64,000 nucleotides of DNA, from the NCBI GenBank assembly GCA_045589515.1, contig JAZNPH010000050.1, positions 137,668-201,667 of the forward strand, in the 5' to 3' direction. The notes under the pieces are model-generated. The model did no database searches, had not been told where the DNA came from, and saw only the letters and a program-made list of their open reading frames with translations. This DNA is from Eubacteriales bacterium. GTDB taxonomy: Bacteria > Bacillota > Clostridia > Oscillospirales > CAG-382. Of the stretch, positions 18,725-26,279 are shown one piece after another. Each line of letters starts with the position of its first letter. Positions within the stretch are counted from its first letter, which is position 1. A program made the translations under genes and the position numbers.

Positions 18725-18895
18725 ACAGGAAAACCATGGTAAACTGTGCTTGCAAGAGGGAAGACGGAGCGTTTCCTCACACGCCGGGGTGCGGCGGAGG
18801 CTTTCTCCGAGCGTATTCCCAAGTCCTCTCTCTTGTAAAAAGCAGGTTCGATTCCTGCGGTATGCACTCAAAAAATGCATACTCCTATGGTTTGG
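18725..18895 (+). ncRNA. Candidate structured RNA with a tRNA-like T-arm. It could be Y-RNA-like or tRNA-like, or a tRNA 3'-fragment relic.
   Basis: GCAGG-TTCGATT-CCTGC (18842-18858) is a canonical 5-bp T-stem with a 7-nt T-loop. GGTATGCA follows. A closing helix pairs AAACCATGG (18731-18739) with CC-T-ATGGTTT (18884-18893). There are several internal hairpins and no credible ORF. Confidence 0.3.
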
Positions 18896-19122
18896 GAAAG
18901 CGCTCTTCGGAGCAAAAACGGTACGCGAAAGCGTGCGAGAACGTTTTTATGCAAAACCAAGGTGCTCCCGCAAAGACGGCAAGCTTGGGGGACACGCCGC
19001 CTTTGCAGTGAAAGGATCGCCTTGCCGGGGAGAGGATACCGCATTCTTGCATAGAAAAGAGTGCTGAATCTTCCTGCCGCGGTCCTTTCACGGAAGCGCC
19101 CTTCAAGGAAGGAAGAAAAGTG
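18896..19122 (+). promoter_or_regulatory. Long structured leader of the hyp-SPFH-rtcB operon
   Basis: It has a UUCG-capped hairpin (18902-18913) and a GAAA-capped hairpin inside an AAAACG/CGTTTT helix (18915-18947). There is an 11-bp stem at 18970-19006. Long-range pairs are TATGCAA/TTGCATA (18948-54/19047-53) and GTGAAAGGATC/GGTCCTTTCAC (19008-18/19082-92). CTTCC can pair with the RBS GGAAG. Confidence 0.3.
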
Positions 19123-19719
19123 ATGTTTTGGAAAGACAGGAAAAAATTCAGAAAAAAGATCAGCGCCGCTTTTCCCGGCGTCTGCCAAAAGGACGTTTTG
19201 GCGGTGTTGAGACGTCTCCTTCCCGGGGGATTTGCCGAGATCGGTGAAGGCATGACTTGGCAGCTATCCGACGGCGAAACCGTCTCTCTCCCGCGCTGTG
19301 TGTGGCATTCGGATGTCCTGCTTCCGGGTTTTCCGCTGACGGAACGGCAAAAGCTGATCTACCACTGCATTTTCACACGAAGTTCAGACGGATACGCCCG
19401 ACAGCGGCACGCGGAAGCGCTTTTGGAACGGGAGACCCCGGAGTGGGTGTTGCCCTTTGTCGTCCAGCTGAGCCAGAGCTACGTGGCGGAGATCTTAGAG
19501 GCGATCTATAACGGGTTGCGGGAACGTGACAACCAAGACTATCGCGCTTTCTGCCGTTTGAACTACACCACCTTCCACAGGGGCTACGACAGAATGCTCA
19601 GCTATTGGGCGGAATACTACCGTTGGTACGATCCCCGTACCCAAAAATACTGCAAGACACGCTATCGTGATTACGTAGGCTGGAAGCTGTACGCCGAGGT
19701 CTTCGGCTGTAAAAAATAG
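19123..19719 (+). CDS. Hypothetical protein, first gene of the SPFH-RtcB operon
   Basis: 198 aa, Trp/Tyr/Arg-rich C-terminus. ATG at 19123 is 7-10 nt after AAGGAAGGAAG. No family recognised. Confidence 0.6.
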   Translation: MFWKDRKKFRKKISAAFPGVCQKDVLAVLRRLLPGGFAEIGEGMTWQLSDGETVSLPRCVWHSDVLLPGFPLTERQKLIYHCIFTRSSDGYARQRHAEALLERETPEWVLPFVVQLSQSYVAEILEAIYNGLRERDNQDYRAFCRLNYTTFHRGYDRMLSYWAEYYRWYDPRTQKYCKTRYRDYVGWKLYAEVFGCKK

Positions 19720-19740
19720 AAGGAAGAAAGGAATCTACTT

Positions 19741-20838
19741 ATGAAAACGATCATCCATGAAAATATGAAAGGTCTGCTGTTCAAGAACGGCAGATTCCAA
19801 AGGCTGCTGGGCGCGGGAAAATACTGCACGTGGGGCGGCAAGGTCATTGAGACGGTGGCGTTGGATGCCCCGCTGGAAAGTGCATATTGCTCTTTGGAGG
19901 CGCTGTTGGCCGATCCCGTGATCGCCGCAAAGACGGTCACCGTGGAGGTAGGGGAGCAACAGCTGGCTTTGCACTATGCGGACGGTCTGTTCTGTCACGC
20001 CCTCACCGCCGGTAAATACGCTTTCTGGAGGGAAGGCAAAAACCACGAGTTCCGTATGGTGGACGTTTCCCGTCCCGAGGCAGACCCCGATCTGCCCGCT
20101 CATCTGTACGCAAAGCTTCCAAAGACGCTTTACGCCAAGGTGGAGGTGGCTCCCCACCAAAAAGCCATGCTGTTTGTGGATTGCAAGCCTGTCAAGCTGT
20201 TGGATGCGGGCGTTTACCATTTCTGGAACAACGACGTGTCCGTGGAGGTCAAAAAGGCGGACGTTCGTCTGTGTTCCATGACGGTATCCGGTCAGGAGCT
20301 GCTCACCAAGGACAAGGTGACCTTGCGGATCACCTTCGTTTGCAGCTTCCGTGTCACGGATCCCGAAAAGGCTCTGACCTTGGTGGATGATTACGTCTCC
20401 CAACTGTACGTAGCGGTACAGCTGGCATTGCGGGAATACGTGGGCAGTTACCGTCTGGATGAGATTCTGGAAAACAAGGAGGAGATCTCCCGTTACGTGC
20501 TGGAAAAGCTTGCCGCAAAGCGAGAAGAGCTGTTTGTGGAGATCACCGAGGCGGGTGTGAAGGATATCATTCTCCCCGGCGAGATCCGGGAGATCATGAA
20601 CACCGTGTTGGCGGCGGAGAAACGGGCGCAAGCCAACGTGATCACCCGCCGTGAGGAGGTGGCCTCTACCCGTTCTCTGCTGAACACCGCCAAATTGATG
20701 GAGGAGAATCCCATCCTTTACAGATTGAAGGAACTGGAATATCTGGAGAGGATCTGCGAAAACGTAGGCAATATCCAACTAAGCGGCGGCGATATGCTTA
20801 CCCAACTGACCGCACTGTTCCGAAGCGGTGCTACCTAA
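19741..20838 (+). CDS. SPFH/band-7 (slipin-like) protein with a ~180-aa N-terminal extension
   Basis: The C-terminal half ...LTKDKVTLRITFVCSFRVTDPEKA...VKDIILPGEIREIMNTVLAAEKRAQANVI... is an SPFH domain. 21-nt gap from the upstream gene. Confidence 0.8.
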   Translation: MKTIIHENMKGLLFKNGRFQRLLGAGKYCTWGGKVIETVALDAPLESAYCSLEALLADPVIAAKTVTVEVGEQQLALHYADGLFCHALTAGKYAFWREGKNHEFRMVDVSRPEADPDLPAHLYAKLPKTLYAKVEVAPHQKAMLFVDCKPVKLLDAGVYHFWNNDVSVEVKKADVRLCSMTVSGQELLTKDKVTLRITFVCSFRVTDPEKALTLVDDYVSQLYVAVQLALREYVGSYRLDEILENKEEISRYVLEKLAAKREELFVEITEAGVKDIILPGEIREIMNTVLAAEKRAQANVITRREEVASTRSLLNTAKLMEENPILYRLKELEYLERICENVGNIQLSGGDMLTQLTALFRSGAT

Positions 20839-20850
20839 AGGAGAATTGAT

Positions 20851-22059
20851 ATGATCGAAATAAAAGGAAAACATAACACCGCCGTTTGTTACACCGACAC
20901 CATGGAGGAGGGAGCAATGGCACAGATCAAGACCATGTGCGATCTGGAGGCATTCTCAGGCTCCCGCATCCGCATCATGCCCGATGTGCACGAGGGGATG
21001 GGATGTACCATCGGCACCACCATGACCGTGACGGATAAAGTGGTTCCCGCCATGGTGGGGGTGGACATCGGATGCGGAATGTATACCATGGCATTGGGAA
21101 AGGTAGATTTGGACCTCGCTTTGCTGGACGAGGCGGCCCACGGCATTCCTTGCGGCTTTTCCGTATGGGAGGGCAGGCAGGAGCGGTTTGACCTGACGGA
21201 GCTGAAGTGCTACCGCTATCTGAAGGACTCCAAGCGCTTGGAGCGAAGCCTTGGCACTCTGGGCGGGGGCAATCACTTCATCGAGGCGGACGTGGATGAT
21301 GAGGGAAATCATTATTTGGTGATCCACTCCGGGAGCCGTAATTTGGGCACCCAGGTGGCCAATTACTACCAGGACCTTGCCGCAGACCTGAATGCGGGGA
21401 AGGAGGACCTCTTCCGCGAAAGAGAGGAGCTGATCCGTATCTACAAGGAGCAGGGGAGGCGCACGGAAATTCAAAAGGCCTTGAAGGAGCTGGAAAAGGC
21501 CTACGAGGCCAAATCTCCCACCCTGCCCAGAGAGCTTTGCTACCTCTACGGAGACTTTATGGAGAGCTACCTCCACGACATCCGCATCTGTCAGCAGTTT
21601 GCAGGGCGGAATCGGGAGAAGATGGGGGAGATCCTCCTTGCCAAGCTGGGGCTTGAGGCGGCAGACGCCTTCCACACGGTGCACAACTACATCGATGTGG
21701 AGGCGGGCATCCTCCGCAAGGGTGCAGTTTCCGCGGCGGCGGGAGAGAAATTGTTGATCCCCATCAATATGCGGGACGGAAGCCTGATTTGCATCGGCAA
21801 AGGCAACCCCGATTGGAACTTTTCCGCACCCCACGGGGCGGGGCGGTTGATGTCCCGTGCCAAGGCCTTTGAGAAGCTGACCATGGAGGAGTACCGTAAG
21901 GAGATGGCGGGGATCTACACCACCTGCGTCAACGAGAACACCTTAGACGAGTCTCCCATGGCCTACAAAAGCATGGAGGAGATCTTACGCCATATCGGGG
22001 ATACCGCGGAGGTGGTCGCTCATATCAAGCCCATCTACAATTTCAAAGCGCCGGATTGA
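20851..22059 (+). CDS. rtcB: RtcB-family RNA 3'-phosphate ligase
   Basis: Motifs PDVHEGMGCTIG, VGVDIGCGM, GGGNHFIE, HSGSRNLG and APHGAGR. 402 aa. 12-nt gap after the SPFH gene, followed by a terminator. Confidence 0.9.
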   Translation: MIEIKGKHNTAVCYTDTMEEGAMAQIKTMCDLEAFSGSRIRIMPDVHEGMGCTIGTTMTVTDKVVPAMVGVDIGCGMYTMALGKVDLDLALLDEAAHGIPCGFSVWEGRQERFDLTELKCYRYLKDSKRLERSLGTLGGGNHFIEADVDDEGNHYLVIHSGSRNLGTQVANYYQDLAADLNAGKEDLFREREELIRIYKEQGRRTEIQKALKELEKAYEAKSPTLPRELCYLYGDFMESYLHDIRICQQFAGRNREKMGEILLAKLGLEAADAFHTVHNYIDVEAGILRKGAVSAAAGEKLLIPINMRDGSLICIGKGNPDWNFSAPHGAGRLMSRAKAFEKLTMEEYRKEMAGIYTTCVNENTLDESPMAYKSMEEILRHIGDTAEVVAHIKPIYNFKAPD

Positions 22060-22065
22060 CCGAGA

Positions 22066-22100
22066 CGGGAGATTTTTTAGGAAGTCTCCCGCTCTTTTTG
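22066..22100 (+). terminator. Intrinsic terminator after rtcB
   Basis: CGGGAGA/TCTCCCG stem followed by CTCTTTTT. Confidence 0.6.
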
Positions 22101-22122
22101 TTCTCCGAGGCGAGAAAATCAG

Positions 22123-22151
22123 TTGCAATTCCTATAAAACTGTGGTATAAT
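22123..22151 (+). promoter_or_regulatory. Sigma-A-type promoter of mtaD-ahcY
   Basis: TTGCAA-17 nt-TATAAT with a TGn extended -10. Confidence 0.6.
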
Positions 22152-22189
22152 ATTCCAAAGAGTATAATAGGAGGAGTGTTGAAACAGAT

Positions 22190-23449
22190 ATGGAAAGCAT
22201 TCTCATCAAAAATACGAAAGCCCTATCCGGTGGGCAGGTGGTGGAGGCGGAGATCGCTATCGAAAACGGCGTGATCCTTTCCATGACGGGTACCCCCGAA
22301 GGCTTTACGGCAGATAAAGTGATCGACGGGGAAGGGAAGCTTTGTATTCCCGGCCTGGTCAATGCCCACACCCACGTGTATATGACCCTGTTCCGCAACT
22401 ACGCCGACGACGTGGCCTTTACCGAGTGGCTCTTCGGCCGTGTTCTCCCCAAGGAGGACGCCATGTCCGTGGAGGATGCCTATTGGGGCACTCTGCTGGG
22501 CTGTATCGAAATGGTAAAAAGCGGCACCACCACCTTCTGCGATATGTACCCCATTGCGGGGATGTCCGCAGAGGCCGCCCGCAAGGCTGGTATGCGCGCC
22601 GTGGTGAGCAGAGGGCTGACAGGCTCCGAGGGCGGAGAACGGCGGATCGCCGAGGCCTTGGGAGAATGGGAGACCTGGAAGCATGATCCCATGGTGACCC
22701 ATATGCTGGCACCCCACGCCATCTATACCTGCGATACTCCCTTCCTGGAGCGGGTGATGCAGGTCTCCGACGAGACGGGAATGCTGATCAACACCCACCT
22801 TTCAGAGTCCGAAAAGGAGATCGCCGATTGTATTGAAGCACACGGCTGCTCTCCTGTGGAATACCTGGCAAAGCTGGGGATGTTCGACCGCAAAACCTTG
22901 GCCGCTCATTGCGTACACCTTTCCGAGCTTGACATCATGCTGTTGGCGGAAAAAGGGGTCTCTGTTGCCCACAACCCCAAGAGCAATCTGAAGCTTGCCA
23001 ACGGTATCGCTCCCGTAAAACAGCTTTTGGACGCAGGAGTGAACGTGTGCCTGGGTACCGACGGCGCAGGCTCCAACAACACCTTGAATATGTTCTCCGA
23101 AATGAACTTCGCCTGCCTCCTGCCCAAGGGTGTGAACAAGCAGGGAGATGTGGTCAGCGCCAACACCGTTTTGCAGATGGCCACGGCAAACGGCGCCAAG
23201 GCACTGTCTCTGGACAAGCTGGGCGACCTGCAGGCAGGCTGGAAGGCTGATATTGCCATCCTGAACCTTGACTATCCCTGGATGCATCCCATGCATAACG
23301 TGGCAAACGCCCTGTGTTATTCCGCCACCGGCACCGAGGTGGAAACGGTGATCATCGGCGGCGAAGTGGTAATGGAAAACCGCAAGATGACCAAGATCGA
23401 CGAAGAAGAGGTCTACGCAAATATCGCGCGGATCGCAAAGGATTGGTAA
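22190..23449 (+). CDS. mtaD: Amidohydrolase, 5'-methylthioadenosine/S-adenosylhomocysteine deaminase-like
   Basis: ...CIPGLVNAHTHVYMTLFRNYADDV...WL... is a metal-binding HxH motif in the MtaD context. It is adjacent to ahcY. Confidence 0.75.
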   Translation: MESILIKNTKALSGGQVVEAEIAIENGVILSMTGTPEGFTADKVIDGEGKLCIPGLVNAHTHVYMTLFRNYADDVAFTEWLFGRVLPKEDAMSVEDAYWGTLLGCIEMVKSGTTTFCDMYPIAGMSAEAARKAGMRAVVSRGLTGSEGGERRIAEALGEWETWKHDPMVTHMLAPHAIYTCDTPFLERVMQVSDETGMLINTHLSESEKEIADCIEAHGCSPVEYLAKLGMFDRKTLAAHCVHLSELDIMLLAEKGVSVAHNPKSNLKLANGIAPVKQLLDAGVNVCLGTDGAGSNNTLNMFSEMNFACLLPKGVNKQGDVVSANTVLQMATANGAKALSLDKLGDLQAGWKADIAILNLDYPWMHPMHNVANALCYSATGTEVETVIIGGEVVMENRKMTKIDEEEVYANIARIAKDW

Positions 23450-23454
23450 TTTTT

Positions 23455-24708
23455 ATGTTGAACTATGAAATCAAAGACCCCTCCCTGTGGGAAAGCGGGG
23501 AACGAAAGATCCTCTGGGTCAAGGAGCATATGCCCCTGTTGAGAGGGCTGGAGGAGGAAATGCTGGCTACCAAGCCCCTGGCAGGCTTGCGTGTTGCCCT
23601 TTCCGTCCATTTGGAAGCAAAGACCGCCTACCTCTGCCGCGTGCTTGCCGCAGGGGGCGCAGAAATGTATATCACCGGCAGTAACCCCTTGTCCACCCAG
23701 GACGACGTTGCCGCCGCTTTGGTGAAGGACGGCCTCCACGTCTACGCGGAGCACGGATGCTCCATGGAGACCTACCACCGCCATATCTCCTATGTGATCC
23801 AGGCCGCACCCCAGATCATCATCGACGACGGCGGTGACCTGGTACACTTGATCCACACGGAATACCGCCACCTCCTCCCCGGCGTCATCGGCGGCTGCGA
23901 GGAGACCACCACGGGCATCCTCCGCCTCCACGCCATGGAGCGTGAGGGAGAATTGAAGTTCCCCATGGTAATGGTAAACGATGCGGATTGCAAGCATCTC
24001 TTTGATAATCGTTACGGCACGGGACAGTCCGTTTGGGACGGCATCAACCGTACCACCAATCTGATCGTGGCAGGGCAGACCGTTGTGGTAGCCGGCTACG
24101 GCTGGTGCGGCAAGGGCGTTGCCATGCGCGCCAAGGGCTTGGGCGCTTCCGTCATCGTCACGGAGGTAGATCCCATCAAGGCCATGGAGGCTGTGATGGA
24201 TGGCTTTGCTGTGATGCCCATGAAGGAAGCCTGCCCCAAGGGCGACTTCTTCGTCACCGTGACGGGAGATATGGAGATCATCACCACCGAGCATTTCCCC
24301 CTGTTAAAGGACGGCGCCATTCTTTCCAACGCCGGCCATTTCGACGTGGAGGTGGATATGCAGGCTCTGCGTGCCTACGCGGTTCGCTCCTGGGAGGCAA
24401 GACAGAATATCACCGGCTACGAGCTGCCCGATGGCAAGAAGGTCTACGTTCTGGCAGAGGGCCGCTTGGTAAACCTGGGGGCAGGGGACGGCCACCCCGC
24501 AGAGATCATGGATATGTCCTTCGCCGTCCAGGCCATGAGCGTGCTGTACCTTATCCGTAACAAGGACGTGCCCAAAACCTCCAACGTCATCGCTGTTCCC
24601 AGAGAAGTGGATCTGGAGATCGCAAGACGGAAACTTTCCTCCTGGGGCATCGCCATTGACGAGCTGACGGAAAAGCAAAAAAGATATCTGGATTCCTGGG
24701 GCTCGTAA
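23455..24708 (+). CDS. ahcY: Adenosylhomocysteinase
   Basis: MLNYEIKDPSLWESGERKILWVKEHMPLL...CEETTTG...GYGWCGKG... are hallmark AhcY motifs. ATG at 23455; the upstream part of the ORF-track call overlaps the mtaD 3' end. Confidence 0.9.
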   Translation: MLNYEIKDPSLWESGERKILWVKEHMPLLRGLEEEMLATKPLAGLRVALSVHLEAKTAYLCRVLAAGGAEMYITGSNPLSTQDDVAAALVKDGLHVYAEHGCSMETYHRHISYVIQAAPQIIIDDGGDLVHLIHTEYRHLLPGVIGGCEETTTGILRLHAMEREGELKFPMVMVNDADCKHLFDNRYGTGQSVWDGINRTTNLIVAGQTVVVAGYGWCGKGVAMRAKGLGASVIVTEVDPIKAMEAVMDGFAVMPMKEACPKGDFFVTVTGDMEIITTEHFPLLKDGAILSNAGHFDVEVDMQALRAYAVRSWEARQNITGYELPDGKKVYVLAEGRLVNLGAGDGHPAEIMDMSFAVQAMSVLYLIRNKDVPKTSNVIAVPREVDLEIARRKLSSWGIAIDELTEKQKRYLDSWGS

Positions 24709-24785
24709 TTTTTGCAAACCCTTCTCGGAATCTGCATAAAATATTCATATTTTCATGTTAAAATGAAGGGAAAGGAGGGGGAAGG

Positions 24786-26252
24786 ATGTTTAAAAGCGTA
24801 TTTTCCCGTATGCTTACGGCTTTCACCGTGATCCTGCTTTTGTGTATCACGCTGTTGGTCTTTGTGGTCGCCTCGGGCTTGTTTCAGGAAAGTCTGGAAA
24901 AAGAGCGTTCCGAATTGGGAGTTGCCGCCAACGAGATCGGCTTCTTCTTAGAGGAAATGCAACGCATTTCCGCCTTGCCCGCTCCCTTGCTTTTGCAAAG
25001 TGAAAGCTTTCATTCCAACCTGATCGGTATTGCCGATCTGACGGAAGCGGATATCTCCGTCCTGCGTATGGACGGTGTTGTAGCCGCCACCTCTGCCGAT
25101 CGCTGGGGGGTAGGGAAGCAAATGCTTTCCAAGGAGACCGTGATGCGGATCATGGAAAACGATGCCGCTTATATTGTCAGCAATCTGGACGGTGTTCTGG
25201 AACGCAAACAGCTTAACAGCTTTGCCATCATCGGAGATGCTAAGGGTTCTCCTGCTTACCTCATTGTGGTGACCAGCGAAAAGGCCTTGAATTCCGACGT
25301 AGCCAACTCCGTCACCGAGCGTATGGTGGTGGTGGCCATCTGGATCTTCTTTGCCGCTATGATCATCATTTTCCTGATCTCCCGCCGTATCACCGATTCC
25401 ATCAAGGTGCTTTGCTCCGCCGCACGTGAATACGCCCAGGGGCGGTTTAACATTCGCGTCAAGGTGAACGGGCAGGATGAGATCACGGAGTTGACCACGG
25501 CCTTCAACAACATGGCAAGCGGCCTTGCCAAGCTGGAGGAAAACCGTAACACCTTCATCGCCAACGTGTCCCACGACCTACGCACCCCTATGACCACCAT
25601 TTCCGGCTTTGTGGACGGCATTTTGGACGGCACCATTCCTCCCGAGGAGCAGCAGCGGTATCTGCAGACCATTTCCGCAGAGGTGCACCGCCTTTCCCGC
25701 TTGGTAAACACCCTTTTGGAGATCTCCCGTTTGGAATCCGGCAAGGGGATGAACACAAGAGACTTTAACCTCACCGAGACGGCAAGGCAAGTCCTCATTT
25801 CCCTGATGGGAAAGATCGAAGCCAAAAAGCTGGACGTTGAGTTTGAGGGAGGGGACGAGGACGTATTCGTCCTGGCTGACCCGGATGCCATCCACCAGGT
25901 GATGTATAACCTGCTGGACAACGCCATCAAGTTCACTCAGGAGAAGGGCACCATTTCCATCGGCATCACCGCCAAGAGCAAAAAGGCCTTGGTGCGGGTG
26001 CGGAACACCGGGGAGGGGATCCCCGAGGAAGAGATCTCCCACATTTTTGAACGCTTTTATAAGTCCGACCGTTCCCGCGGACTTGACAAAACGGGAACAG
26101 GCCTTGGACTTTACATCGTCAAGACCATTTTGGAAAAGCACGGGGAGGAGATCTCCGTGGAATCGGTTGTCTCGGCTTATACGGAGTTTCGCTTTGGATT
26201 GTCCTTGTCCGCGGGGAAACCAAAAGCCAAGGGCGGAGACCTGATGGATTGA
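24786..26252 (+). CDS. Sensor histidine kinase (TM-sensor-TM-HAMP-HisKA-HATPase) with no adjacent response regulator
   Basis: H-box FIANVSHDLRTPMT, N/G boxes LLDNAIKF and GTGLGLYIV, and two TM segments. Confidence 0.85.
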   Translation: MFKSVFSRMLTAFTVILLLCITLLVFVVASGLFQESLEKERSELGVAANEIGFFLEEMQRISALPAPLLLQSESFHSNLIGIADLTEADISVLRMDGVVAATSADRWGVGKQMLSKETVMRIMENDAAYIVSNLDGVLERKQLNSFAIIGDAKGSPAYLIVVTSEKALNSDVANSVTERMVVVAIWIFFAAMIIIFLISRRITDSIKVLCSAAREYAQGRFNIRVKVNGQDEITELTTAFNNMASGLAKLEENRNTFIANVSHDLRTPMTTISGFVDGILDGTIPPEEQQRYLQTISAEVHRLSRLVNTLLEISRLESGKGMNTRDFNLTETARQVLISLMGKIEAKKLDVEFEGGDEDVFVLADPDAIHQVMYNLLDNAIKFTQEKGTISIGITAKSKKALVRVRNTGEGIPEEEISHIFERFYKSDRSRGLDKTGTGLGLYIVKTILEKHGEEISVESVVSAYTEFRFGLSLSAGKPKAKGGDLMD

Positions 26253-26279
26253 TATTGAACGCGAAAGGAAACGACACAC

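Noticed and set aside
18737-18754. A sigma-54-like TGG...TTGCA element upstream of the RtcB operon, considered because rtcBA is sigma-54-dependent in E. coli.
   Set aside because: The spacing between the GG and GC elements is 2 nt longer than the strict -24/-12 geometry. No enhancer-binding-protein gene is nearby.
18842-18866. The T-arm motif as evidence of a genuine tRNA gene.
   Set aside because: There is no D-arm, no anticodon arm and no matching 5' acceptor strand at the canonical distance, and no CCA. Only a partial tRNA-like module can be drawn, so it is not called as a tRNA.
18736-19011. 91-aa ORF (and the 229-aa ORF at 18378-19067) inside the WYL-RtcB spacer.
   Set aside because: There is no Shine-Dalgarno sequence. 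The translation is Cys/Gly/Arg-rich and unlike the local proteins, and the ORF crosses the strong terminator or hairpins. The region is better explained as structured non-coding RNA.
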